64,000 bases of DNA from a phage, in NCBI GenBank assembly GCA_025677605.1, contig GCA_025677605.1_4110.1. One strand, given 5' to 3'. Shown here one piece after another: positions 47,461 to 55,123 of this stretch. A model generated the notes under the pieces. That model had not been told where the DNA came from. It saw only the letters and a list, made by a program, of their open reading frames with translations, and made no database searches. The first letter of the stretch is position 1, and every line of letters begins with the position of its first letter. Position numbers and translations under genes: made by a program.

Positions 47461-47697
47461 TTATGATTTTTTATAAAACATTTCGGCAGTGATATTTTTA
47501 CCCGTTGGTTGTACTTTATCCAGGATTTTTTGATGCCCGGACCGTCCAAATGAATATGATCCGTAAACCGTAAACCAGTAGTTACCCTCAGTGTTTACAT
47601 GTACAGCACAATAGGGAACGCCCCGCGATTCATCACTAGTAAAGTGTGCTACCGTTCCCGTTACATTCGAAGACGTTGATTTGATTTGTTCGACCAT
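47461..47697 (-). CDS. hypothetical small protein
   Basis: 78 aa; ATG 47695-47697. Confidence 0.5.
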   Translation of the reverse strand: MVEQIKSTSSNVTGTVAHFTSDESRGVPYCAVHVNTEGNYWFTVYGSYSFGRSGHQKILDKVQPTGKNITAEMFYKKS

Positions 47698-47805
47698 TTT
47701 CTTATTCCTTAGTTACCAGGGGAACCGCTCCCCCTATGCAAAACATTATACGCGTTTAAAAACTATTAGCAAGTATTTTAATAAAAAGTATTTGAAAAAT
47801 AGTTC

Positions 47806-47834
47806 TTGACAACTGCATCCAATACTGGCATAAT
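47806..47834 (+). promoter_or_regulatory. plus-strand sigma70-like promoter
   Basis: TTGACA, 17 nt spacer, CATAAT on plus strand in an otherwise minus-strand region. Confidence 0.45.
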
Positions 47835-47840
47835 TACTAC

Positions 47841-47947
47841 ATAAAGACAAAACAGTCTCTAACCCACCGGGTGCATAGATCCGTCTATTAAATGATTCAG
47901 TACTGAAAAAAGAAAGGGGATCAATTGATCCCCTCGTTGTTATTTTG
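47841..47947 (+). ncRNA. candidate small RNA containing the conserved CCCACCGGGTGC element
   Basis: promoter upstream; palindromic hairpin GGGGATCAATTGATCCCC at 47916-47933 followed by T-rich tract; no ORF. Confidence 0.25.
47906..47933 (-). terminator. rho-independent terminator (bidirectional)
   Basis: GGGGATCAATTGATCCCC with T-run on minus strand after the 47940 stop. Confidence 0.5.
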
Positions 47948-48161
47948 TAAGGTATAAACAGAAGTCACCTTTATTTGCTACGCCGCCAGTGTAACGCGAT
48001 GAATAGTTAGAAACGTCCTGGACTTCTGCTATTACCAGTGTATCATCATTCAATTCGTCGCAGAAGCAAACGGCTGGATCTTTTACGCCGATATTGTCGG
48101 CATGTTCCCGCATAGATTTAACCAGTGCTTCAAGTTGGGAAAGGGTAGTAATGTTAGCCAT
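47940..48161 (-). CDS. hypothetical small protein
   Basis: start moved to MANITTLSQ (ATG 48159-48161). Confidence 0.5.
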   Translation of the reverse strand: MANITTLSQLEALVKSMREHADNIGVKDPAVCFCDELNDDTLVIAEVQDVSNYSSRYTGGVANKGDFCLYLTK

Positions 48162-48246
48162 TTTATTTTCCTCATTACCAGGGAGAACCATTTCTCCCCT
48201 CTATGTAAACCATTATACAGTACTAAAAACTAATTGCAAGTACTTT

Positions 48247-48450
48247 TTAATTTAATTGCTTAAAAACATACTCAAAGACACGACGCACATCATTGATCAT
48301 CGCCTGGCGGTTAGCAGGTAACGCATCAGGATCGCCACTATCCCAGGCATTGATAAAACTCCCCAAATCATGATAGATTTTATTCTGTAAGCCGATTAAC
48401 TGCAATTCTTTTTCTTCAAGCTCTTTGATACGTTCAATTAAATCACTCAT
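48247..48450 (-). CDS. hypothetical small protein
   Basis: start moved to MSDLIERIKELEE with RBS aagga. Confidence 0.45.
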   Translation of the reverse strand: MSDLIERIKELEEKELQLIGLQNKIYHDLGSFINAWDSGDPDALPANRQAMINDVRRVFEYVFKQLN

Positions 48451-48467
48451 TATATAATCCTTAGTAC

Positions 48468-48752
48468 TTAACTGTAAGATCCGCAACGGTCGCAGTAGTG
48501 CCCGTCCTCGTCATCGTCAACGAATTGACCGACGAAATGATCTACTTTCGCTTTCAGGTTATTATAATCGTTTTCTACTTCCTTTAAACGCTTCTGGTAG
48601 TATTCCAGTGCTTTAAGATATGCCGCATCAGCAGTTTTCTCCTGCATAGCTAAATTCATGCCACGCGTTTCATCGTACAGCCAAAAACCATCGGTGCACT
48701 GGCTAATAGATAATGACTTGCTTAGTACTGTATAGTTAATTACTTTGCTCAT
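48468..48752 (-). CDS. hypothetical protein
   Basis: 94 aa; C-terminal HYCDRCGSYS. Confidence 0.5.
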   Translation of the reverse strand: MSKVINYTVLSKSLSISQCTDGFWLYDETRGMNLAMQEKTADAAYLKALEYYQKRLKEVENDYNNLKAKVDHFVGQFVDDDEDGHYCDRCGSYS

Positions 48753-48837
48753 TAGATAATCCTCAGTAAAGGCGGGAACTATTCCCCGCCTCGATATAAA
48801 GTATTATACGTTAATCTAACTACAATGCAAGTACTTT

Positions 48838-49110
48838 TTAGTTTTTTAATTCTTTTACTGCATCAGGTGCGACAGAACCATCAATGTATTGAACATCGTT
48901 TTCAACTTCACGGGCGGCATCATTCAGCAGATCAAAATTAAATTCCATTTCTTCCAGATCATCAAAATCAGGCTCATAACCATTAATTGTTGAATAAGTC
49001 CAAGTACCTTTTTCATAAGTCACGACACTTACATCAGGGAAGAAATCTTGCACATGATCCATTGCATCCCGAACCAGTTGATGTGCAGTTGTGATATTTA
49101 AAGTTTTCAT
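48838..49110 (-). CDS. hypothetical protein
   Basis: 90 aa; ATG 49108-49110. Confidence 0.5.
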   Translation of the reverse strand: MKTLNITTAHQLVRDAMDHVQDFFPDVSVVTYEKGTWTYSTINGYEPDFDDLEEMEFNFDLLNDAAREVENDVQYIDGSVAPDAVKELKN

Positions 49111-49203
49111 TTTGTTACCCTTTTAGTGTGAGCGGGGAACCACTCCCCGCCTCGATATAAAGTATTATACGCTTTTAAACTTAGTATGCAAGTACTTTTT
49201 AAA

Positions 49204-49878
49204 TTAATATTCGATTGATTCTACTACGCCATCAATAACATTGAATTGATATTCGTTACCCTCAATCAGTGCCGTAATGTTTTCAGTAGTGAATTGATCC
49301 TCATATGCATTCTCTAAATCACGGTACAACTTGCGGGATAATTCACGAATAGTTTCAGTGAGTAGTTCCTCAAGCTCATTAACTAACGCTTCTTGTTTTG
49401 CGGTTAAATCAGTGTAAGCCGATTCAATGTACCCGCTTACAGTGTTTTCATGCGAGTAGTTGGAGTGAGAACGCTTTACACTCATTGCCAAATCATCTTC
49501 ATTCAGCAGGTGACGGATTGAGCGATACTTAGTTAATGCTCTAACCTTGCGTAAAAACTTCTCAGCGTCAACGTGGTCAGTACTAATTGATGCACCGTCA
49601 CCCTGCGACCAAAAACCACTGAATTGTATTTCAGCGTCATTAATGCCATATTCCGGTAGTACTGTTTCTTTATAGTATTCAATTTCACTTTCAGAAAAAT
49701 AATCGTCGTTTAAGTTTTTTTCACGTTCCCGAACCAGTTCGATAGCTGACGTTTGTTGTTCTGCGTTCAATTCAGAAAAATCCATAACGAAAGTAGTATT
49801 AGTGACAGTTTTCGCTTTGCAACCCTCATTCAATTCAGAAAAATCCATAACGAAAGTAGTAGTAGTGATAGTTTTCAT
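49204..49878 (-). CDS. hypothetical protein with N-terminal tandem duplication
   Basis: 224 aa; 21-aa unit TTFVMDFSELN repeated twice from a 63-bp direct DNA repeat near 49743-49870. Confidence 0.55.
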   Translation of the reverse strand: MKTITTTTFVMDFSELNEGCKAKTVTNTTFVMDFSELNAEQQTSAIELVREREKNLNDDYFSESEIEYYKETVLPEYGINDAEIQFSGFWSQGDGASISTDHVDAEKFLRKVRALTKYRSIRHLLNEDDLAMSVKRSHSNYSHENTVSGYIESAYTDLTAKQEALVNELEELLTETIRELSRKLYRDLENAYEDQFTTENITALIEGNEYQFNVIDGVVESIEY

Positions 49879-49946
49879 TTTGTAACTCTCATTCAGTAGT
49901 TGATGTAAGTATTATACGCTTTTAAAAACAATTGTCAAACTATTTT

Positions 49947-50021
49947 ATCAGGGGAGTTTTTCGTGTGCCTTACTCCTGGGCTACTTAACGGGGAGTTACT
50001 TATTTCGTTCCCCGTCCTGAT
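49947..50021 (-). other. conserved three-stem structured RNA element, copy B
   Basis: near-identical to 39901-39972; flanked by P1 (TTGCAA, 16 nt spacer, TATAAT) and P2 (TTGACA, 16 nt spacer, TATAAT). Confidence 0.5.
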
Positions 50022-50109
50022 GTAAAACATTATACGCCTTTAAACATAGTTTGCAAGTACTTTTTATCAAATAGTTTTCAGTACTGGCATTGTACTTAAT
50101 CACTTTACT

Positions 50110-50145
50110 ATAGATACACTTCCGCACCCTATGGGCTATCGCCTT
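50110..50145 (-). repeat. conserved noncoding element, copy 5
   Basis: ccgcaccctatgggctat. Confidence 0.45.
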
Positions 50146-50197
50146 GTGTCCGGCTTGTAAGTATTATCTCACTAAGCCGGATAATGGTCAAGTACTT

Positions 50198-50464
50198 TTA
50201 TTCAAGTACTGCAATCTTTTTAGTACTGTACACGGTAACACGGTTTCCCTTGCGGTCGTGCTTTATTTCTACCACTCGACGCGATACACTATCAGGACTT
50301 TTTAACGCCGCTAACCAGTACTGAATTGATCGGGCTGTACTTTGCTTTACTACGGCCCAACGTTTACCCCTGGCTGATTGTACGCCCATATCTTTAAACG
50401 TTGCACCGTCAACCTTTGCCGCTTGCCGAGCTTGTTCACGCGTCGCAAAGTATATAATATTCAT
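50198..50464 (-). CDS. hypothetical protein (paralog of 38384..38779)
   Basis: start moved to MNIIYFATRE; 3' end about 33 nt near-identical to 38407-38440. Confidence 0.55.
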   Translation of the reverse strand: MNIIYFATREQARQAAKVDGATFKDMGVQSARGKRWAVVKQSTARSIQYWLAALKSPDSVSRRVVEIKHDRKGNRVTVYSTKKIAVLE

Positions 50465-50546
50465 GCTGTTACCCCTATCGTTGTTGTATAAAAGAAATCT
50501 ATTATAAAGTACTATCACCGTGCAATAGTACTTTTAATCTATTCTC

Positions 50547-50786
50547 TTACATGCCAACCATTGCAGCACGGATCGCAGTAGTGCTATACTTGAATCCGTC
50601 CGGTGTTTTATCTTGTCCAGTCTGTTCTAAAAATAGCATCATATGACGGGCCGCATCATTTCGATTAGTGTTAGCGGCAATAAAGTCCAGGGCCAACCGG
50701 TATAATGATTCATCGTTATTAATCCAAAGGCTTACATTCCATTGAGTTTTGTTTTTGTGACCTAAGAACATTTTTGATTTAGCCAT
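50547..50786 (-). CDS. hypothetical small protein
   Basis: 79 aa; ATG 50784-50786. Confidence 0.5.
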   Translation of the reverse strand: MAKSKMFLGHKNKTQWNVSLWINNDESLYRLALDFIAANTNRNDAARHMMLFLEQTGQDKTPDGFKYSTTAIRAAMVGM

Positions 50787-50879
50787 TTTTAAATCCTCTT
50801 AATTATAGTGGGGAACTATTCCCCACCGGATAGAAAGTATTATACATTAATCTAATTACTTTGCAAGTACTTTTTTAAC

Positions 50880-51242
50880 TTATTCGTAAATCTTGCCACT
50901 GTCAGCCCATACCAGGAAACGAGGCATATTATCCCATGCATCTTGTTTTAAGTTTAAGCCGTGCAATACTTCGGTACTTTCCATCCCAGGCACTGGTTTA
51001 CTATACACCGCAAATAGTTCGCCCATGTACTGATAAGCCATCGTTAAATCACTGGCAATCATCTTGTGGATCATCGCATCAAGCATCACAGTAGCGGCGT
51101 ATTGTTCACGCTTAAGCGGCAACATTGCAATCAATTCCCGATAAGCTGATATATGAATCTTTACAGTCTCAGCCGGAAGATCTTTCATCTCTTCGCGAAA
51201 GTTAACCAGGTTAGCAATGATTTTAGTGATTTGAGTCGCCAT
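50880..51242 (-). CDS. hypothetical protein
   Basis: 120 aa; ATG 51240-51242. Confidence 0.5.
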   Translation of the reverse strand: MATQITKIIANLVNFREEMKDLPAETVKIHISAYRELIAMLPLKREQYAATVMLDAMIHKMIASDLTMAYQYMGELFAVYSKPVPGMESTEVLHGLNLKQDAWDNMPRFLVWADSGKIYE

Positions 51243-51534
51243 CGTTTTAATTCCTATTAAAGTGAGTTAGGAGCGTTTCCCCCGTCTCGATGTAAAACAT
51301 TATACGCCCTTAAACATAGTATGCAAGTACTTTCTACAAATACTTTTAAAATAGTTTTCTTTCTATATAGGAGTACTATCATTCAGTACTGAATCAATCC
51401 AGTGGTACAATTATTCAGTACTATACCCTTAAAACGGCCTCAATCGCGTTCTAACGCATTAATACACCTAAGCTATACATTTGCACCACTCCCAACAATC
51501 CAGGGCTTTACGGGCCGTTTAAACACCAGTACTG

Positions 51535-52044
51535 TTAAGAGTACTTTTTAAAATATTTTATTATTGTTTCCTTTGTAACTCCAAATTTTCTACCCAATGC
51601 AGTAGCACCATAAACGCGATCCCCTGGCTTATAATGTGTTATAATGTATTGTGTATCGTCGGCGGTCAAACGTGCCTTATCGTTATCATATCCCGTTAAA
51701 CGTGGTTTAACTAATCCAGAATCAAACGCATGTTTAACATTTTCGCTATTGGTTGCCCATTCCAACGCGGTGTAATGATTGTTCGCCTTTCCCTTTAAAT
51801 GATTAACTTGAACTATCTTATAGTGAGTTTTTGCAGCCCATGCGATTTGTTCCGCAGTAGGCGGTGATAGATAGTTATTAGCAACCAATCTATGAACAAA
51901 ATGATCCCCATCGTTTAACGATACTCTTTGATAACCTTTTTCGGTTATACGTGGTTTAAGATTGGTTGTAGTGCCAATCTTTCTAACATCCCCATACTCG
52001 CTAACTTCATATAAATTATTTTCTTTTAGTACCTTCCATTGCAT
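51535..52044 (-). CDS. HNH homing endonuclease
   Basis: 169 aa; LYEVSEYGDVRK...KGYQRVSL...HFVHRLVANNY typical of phage HNH endonucleases. Confidence 0.75.
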   Translation of the reverse strand: MQWKVLKENNLYEVSEYGDVRKIGTTTNLKPRITEKGYQRVSLNDGDHFVHRLVANNYLSPPTAEQIAWAAKTHYKIVQVNHLKGKANNHYTALEWATNSENVKHAFDSGLVKPRLTGYDNDKARLTADDTQYIITHYKPGDRVYGATALGRKFGVTKETIIKYFKKYS

Positions 52045-52118
52045 ACACGATCCCCTGATGTAACATTTATTTGATACTATTATATCATAAAAATATGTTC
52101 CATCTCATAAAATAGTAC

Positions 52119-52146
52119 TTGCATTCTGTACGGCATAGCGTATAAT
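52119..52146 (+). promoter_or_regulatory. plus-strand sigma70-like promoter
   Basis: TTGCAT, 16 nt spacer, TATAAT, then TACTACATAAG...CTAACCCACAGGGTGC element. Confidence 0.45.
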
Positions 52147-52200
52147 TACTACATAAGCCGGAAACAAGGCACTAACCCACAGGGTGCCGAGATCCGCCCA
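52147..52200 (+). repeat. conserved noncoding element, copy 7 (plus orientation)
   Basis: tactacataagccggaaacaaggcactaacccacagggtgccgagatccgcc. Confidence 0.45.
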
Positions 52201-52334
52201 AAATTCATATAATTTAAAAAGGATACACTCCCGCACCCTAGCAGGTCAAAGCACTTTCTCAGTACTGAATCATAGTACCATAGTACGCCCCAGGATGGCA
52301 AGCAAATTAATTAAAACTTTTTACACTTAGGCTA

Positions 52335-52363
52335 TTGCTTTTATAATTCAGTACTGCTATAAT
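52335..52363 (+). promoter_or_regulatory. plus-strand sigma70-like promoter
   Basis: TTGCTT, 17 nt spacer, TATAAT. Confidence 0.4.
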
Positions 52364-52374
52364 TATTTCATCAA

Positions 52375-52415
52375 GTCGAGAAAGACTCTAGCCCACCGGG
52401 TGCATAGTTACGCCC
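52375..52415 (+). repeat. conserved noncoding element, copy 8 (plus orientation)
   Basis: ctctagcccaccgggtgcatagttacgcc. Confidence 0.45.
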
Positions 52416-52587
52416 AAAATTCAGTACTAGATTATTTTTAAAAATATTCATCCAGGCGGTTGACATACCCCGCTAAAACTGGGATAATGTTTCCAGATTC
52501 AGAAAAATCTAACTCCAGATACTGCGGGGAAACCATCCCCACGCGGTAGGGGAACTATTGGAAAAAACAAAATAAAAATTTTGATTT

Positions 52588-52765
52588 AGCCGTCTATACA
52601 TCCAGACGTGTAACCATCTAGCCATCTAGCCGTCCAAACGTCTAGCAGTACAGCCATCTAGAAATCTAGCCATCTAGAAATCTAGCCATCCAGCCGTCTA
52701 GAGGGATAGCCATCTTTACTTCCAGACTTCTGGAGGGCTAGACATCTCTACGTCCAAAATCCACC
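52588..52765. repeat. CTAG-rich short direct repeat array
   Basis: about a dozen CTAG-containing 8-12 bp units (ccatctagcc, cgtctag, gaaatctagcc) within about 180 bp; no ORF. Confidence 0.6.
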
Positions 52766-53341
52766 CAGGGTTACTACGCCCAAAATCCGTCAGTACTATA
52801 CCATAGATCTATCTTTAAGAAGGGAGTATTCAGTACTGCCATCATAGTCCTCACTATGTTACCCTAGGAGGATGAAGACTATCATGTAGTACTGAATACT
52901 TTTAAGGGGAATATCATCACATTGCGTGATGCATTATATATTAGATTAATATCAGTACTGCTACCATTCTGTTAATAACAGTACTGTTTATATTACGAAA
53001 AAAGAGGTTGTCAAAGATGAACCACTGCATAGGAGGATTCAATCTCTTCTGTACTGTCTCACGACAGGAGGGTTAAGGCTCTGAATTGTTTGCGGCAATT
53101 CATCACTCTATGTAGAACATTATACAGTACTGAATCATAATGTCAATAGATTTCTTCCATTATTCAGTACTGAAAACATATCTTCTGTATCTCTTCAAAA
53201 CTCATTATATCCCACTAATCCTATATGTCCCAATGTAAATTTCAACTTTCGAAGATCCAACTTTTATTTCATAGGTACTCCAAAATTTTTACGATCCAGA
53301 TTTACGATGGAGTACTAACCAACTTTTTGCTGGAGCCTCAA

Positions 53342-53400
53342 GGGGTATTCGGAATTTTCCCCAATGGGTATTCGGGATTTTTGACGAAGGGTAAATTGAA
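53342..53400. repeat. tandem direct repeat GGGTATTCGGAATTTT
   Basis: two adjacent near-identical 18-20 bp units. Confidence 0.5.
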
Positions 53401-53590
53401 CTTTTTTGAATAGGTGATTGGGAGTTTTCAGTACTGGTCATTCCGTGATTACTTTTGATTGGAAATGATTTGTTTTGCAATTGTTCAGTACTGTAAAATT
53501 ATGTAAATTTTGGGCGACTTCATTTGCCTACTTAGTGGGATATCAGTACTGAATCATTCCTGCACTCTAGTACTCAATACTCTTCACTAC

Positions 53591-53653
53591 AATGATTATA
53601 AATGATTACTTAAATGTTTATATATGATTACTTATGACTACCTATGATTACGG
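53591..53653. repeat. ATGATTAC iteron-like repeats
   Basis: 5 copies of ATGATTA(C/T) in 63 bp. Confidence 0.55.
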
Positions 53654-53776
53654 GGTTTAGCCTGGGGAGAATCCTAGTGATCGCATTTGTCCAGGCTGAA
53701 TTTTAACATATGCAACATATGTTAAAGCCTGTATAATGCTTGCACTACGGAGCTTCCCCTAGCTATATGTGTTTAA

Positions 53777-53974
53777 TTACTTCCTATATATAAGCATTAA
53801 GATATAGTAGTACTGATTGTACTGTACATTCTCTAGAACAGGAGAAGGGTCTATTGCTATATTAGTACATTTATTAAATTCATATCGAGTCATTGGTAGA
53901 GGGATTAGAGCGTTAATCCATACTTGTTCATTCTCTTTGAGTTTACTTATATAGAATTCTTTATGGTCATTCAT
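53777..53974 (-). CDS. YKEFY-family small protein
   Basis: start moved to MNDHKEFYISKL; C-terminal LMLIYRK. Confidence 0.5.
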   Translation of the reverse strand: MNDHKEFYISKLKENEQVWINALIPLPMTRYEFNKCTNIAIDPSPVLENVQYNQYYYILMLIYRK

Positions 53975-53975
53975 A

Positions 53976-54167
53976 TTAGTGTCTGTATATAAGTAATAGT
54001 AAGAATACGTACTGCACCTGTTCATCTTTAGTATTGAGTACTGTACGTATTGCGTCCTTAAACAAGAATATAGAACTTGGGTCATGGGAATTTAAAGGGA
54101 TTACGGGGACGGCATCTTTGTAGTTCTCTTTAACAAATTGTTTATAGTATTCTTTATAATTATCCAT
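53976..54167 (-). CDS. YKEFY-family small protein
   Basis: 63 aa MDNYKEYYKQF...LLLLIYRH. Confidence 0.55.
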   Translation of the reverse strand: MDNYKEYYKQFVKENYKDAVPVIPLNSHDPSSIFLFKDAIRTVLNTKDEQVQYVFLLLLIYRH

Positions 54168-54360
54168 AGATATATACTAGCAACATTAGGTTAGAGTATA
54201 GTGCTTTAGTGTCATCTTGTTCTAGAGCTTCAATTGAGTTCGTTGTAGCTTTCCTAAAGCCCATTTTTGCGTATGCACTTTTTGGATTAACGGGGGCGGC
54301 GGCTTCGCACCAGATTCTTTCGGTGCTTGATAGTTTACTCATATAGAATTCTTTATACAT
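54160..54360 (-). CDS. YKEFY-family small protein
   Basis: 66 aa MYKEFYMSKL... Confidence 0.55.
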   Translation of the reverse strand: MYKEFYMSKLSSTERIWCEAAAPVNPKSAYAKMGFRKATTNSIEALEQDDTKALYSNLMLLVYIYG

Positions 54361-54361
54361 A

Positions 54362-54544
54362 TTAGTACCTGAATATTAGCATTGTTATGTAGTACAGCAT
54401 ATATGGATTGTCATCGTATATTAGGGTGTACTTAGTACATTGTTGGAACATTATCTTTGCGTGATCTTTTATTCCTATTGGTTCTGTTGGTACAAGGTGT
54501 TGGAGATGCATTGGGAGATGATCTTTATAAAATTCTTTATACAT
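54362..54544 (-). CDS. YKEFY-family small protein
   Basis: 60 aa MYKEFYKDHLP...MLIFRY. Confidence 0.55.
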   Translation of the reverse strand: MYKEFYKDHLPMHLQHLVPTEPIGIKDHAKIMFQQCTKYTLIYDDNPYMLYYITMLIFRY

Positions 54545-54552
54545 ATTAGTCC

Positions 54553-54741
54553 TTAGTACTGGAACGCGAGATACAGAGTGTGGTACAGTTGCACTTGAGA
54601 ATTGTTTTCATTAAGTACTTGTTCAGTACATGTGCGGAAGTAATCAGCTTCGTATATACAGTTAATATCGCGAGGTTCATCTTCTAATAGATTGCCTTGT
54701 AGAAACTTTGGTAGTTCTTTTATGTAGTATTCTTTATGCAT
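54553..54741 (-). CDS. YKEFY-family small protein
   Basis: 62 aa MHKEYYIKELP...YLAFQY. Confidence 0.55.
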   Translation of the reverse strand: MHKEYYIKELPKFLQGNLLEDEPRDINCIYEADYFRTCTEQVLNENNSQVQLYHTLYLAFQY

Positions 54742-54750
54742 ATGATTTCC

Positions 54751-54939
54751 TTAGTACACGAATGCGAGGTACAGGGTGTGGTACAGTACTCGATGATAGC
54801 TATCATAATCTTGTATACATGCTTTAGTGCACATAGTAAAGTACTTTTTATCGTTTTGTGCATTGATACCGCGAGGTTTATCTAATAGATTAGTTATGAG
54901 GTACATTGGGAAATATTTTGTGTAGTATTCTTTGTGCAT
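54751..54939 (-). CDS. YKEFY-family small protein
   Basis: 62 aa MHKEYYTKYFP...YLAFVY. Confidence 0.55.
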   Translation of the reverse strand: MHKEYYTKYFPMYLITNLLDKPRGINAQNDKKYFTMCTKACIQDYDSYHRVLYHTLYLAFVY

Positions 54940-54940
54940 A

Positions 54941-55123
54941 TTAGTACCTGTATATAAGTGTTAGTACATTGTACAAGTTATAGATATCATCTTCATTTAT
55001 TGCAGATTCTGTTTGATATCGGTAGAATATAGTTTGGCTTTTATCTTTGAAATCTACAGGTTTTTGGGGAATAAGTTTTTGGAGATCTATTGTAAGTTTA
55101 CTTACGTAGTATTCTTTATACAT
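54941..55123 (-). CDS. YKEFY-family small protein
   Basis: start moved to MYKEYYVSKL (ATG 55121-55123). Confidence 0.5.
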   Translation of the reverse strand: MYKEYYVSKLTIDLQKLIPQKPVDFKDKSQTIFYRYQTESAINEDDIYNLYNVLTLIYRY

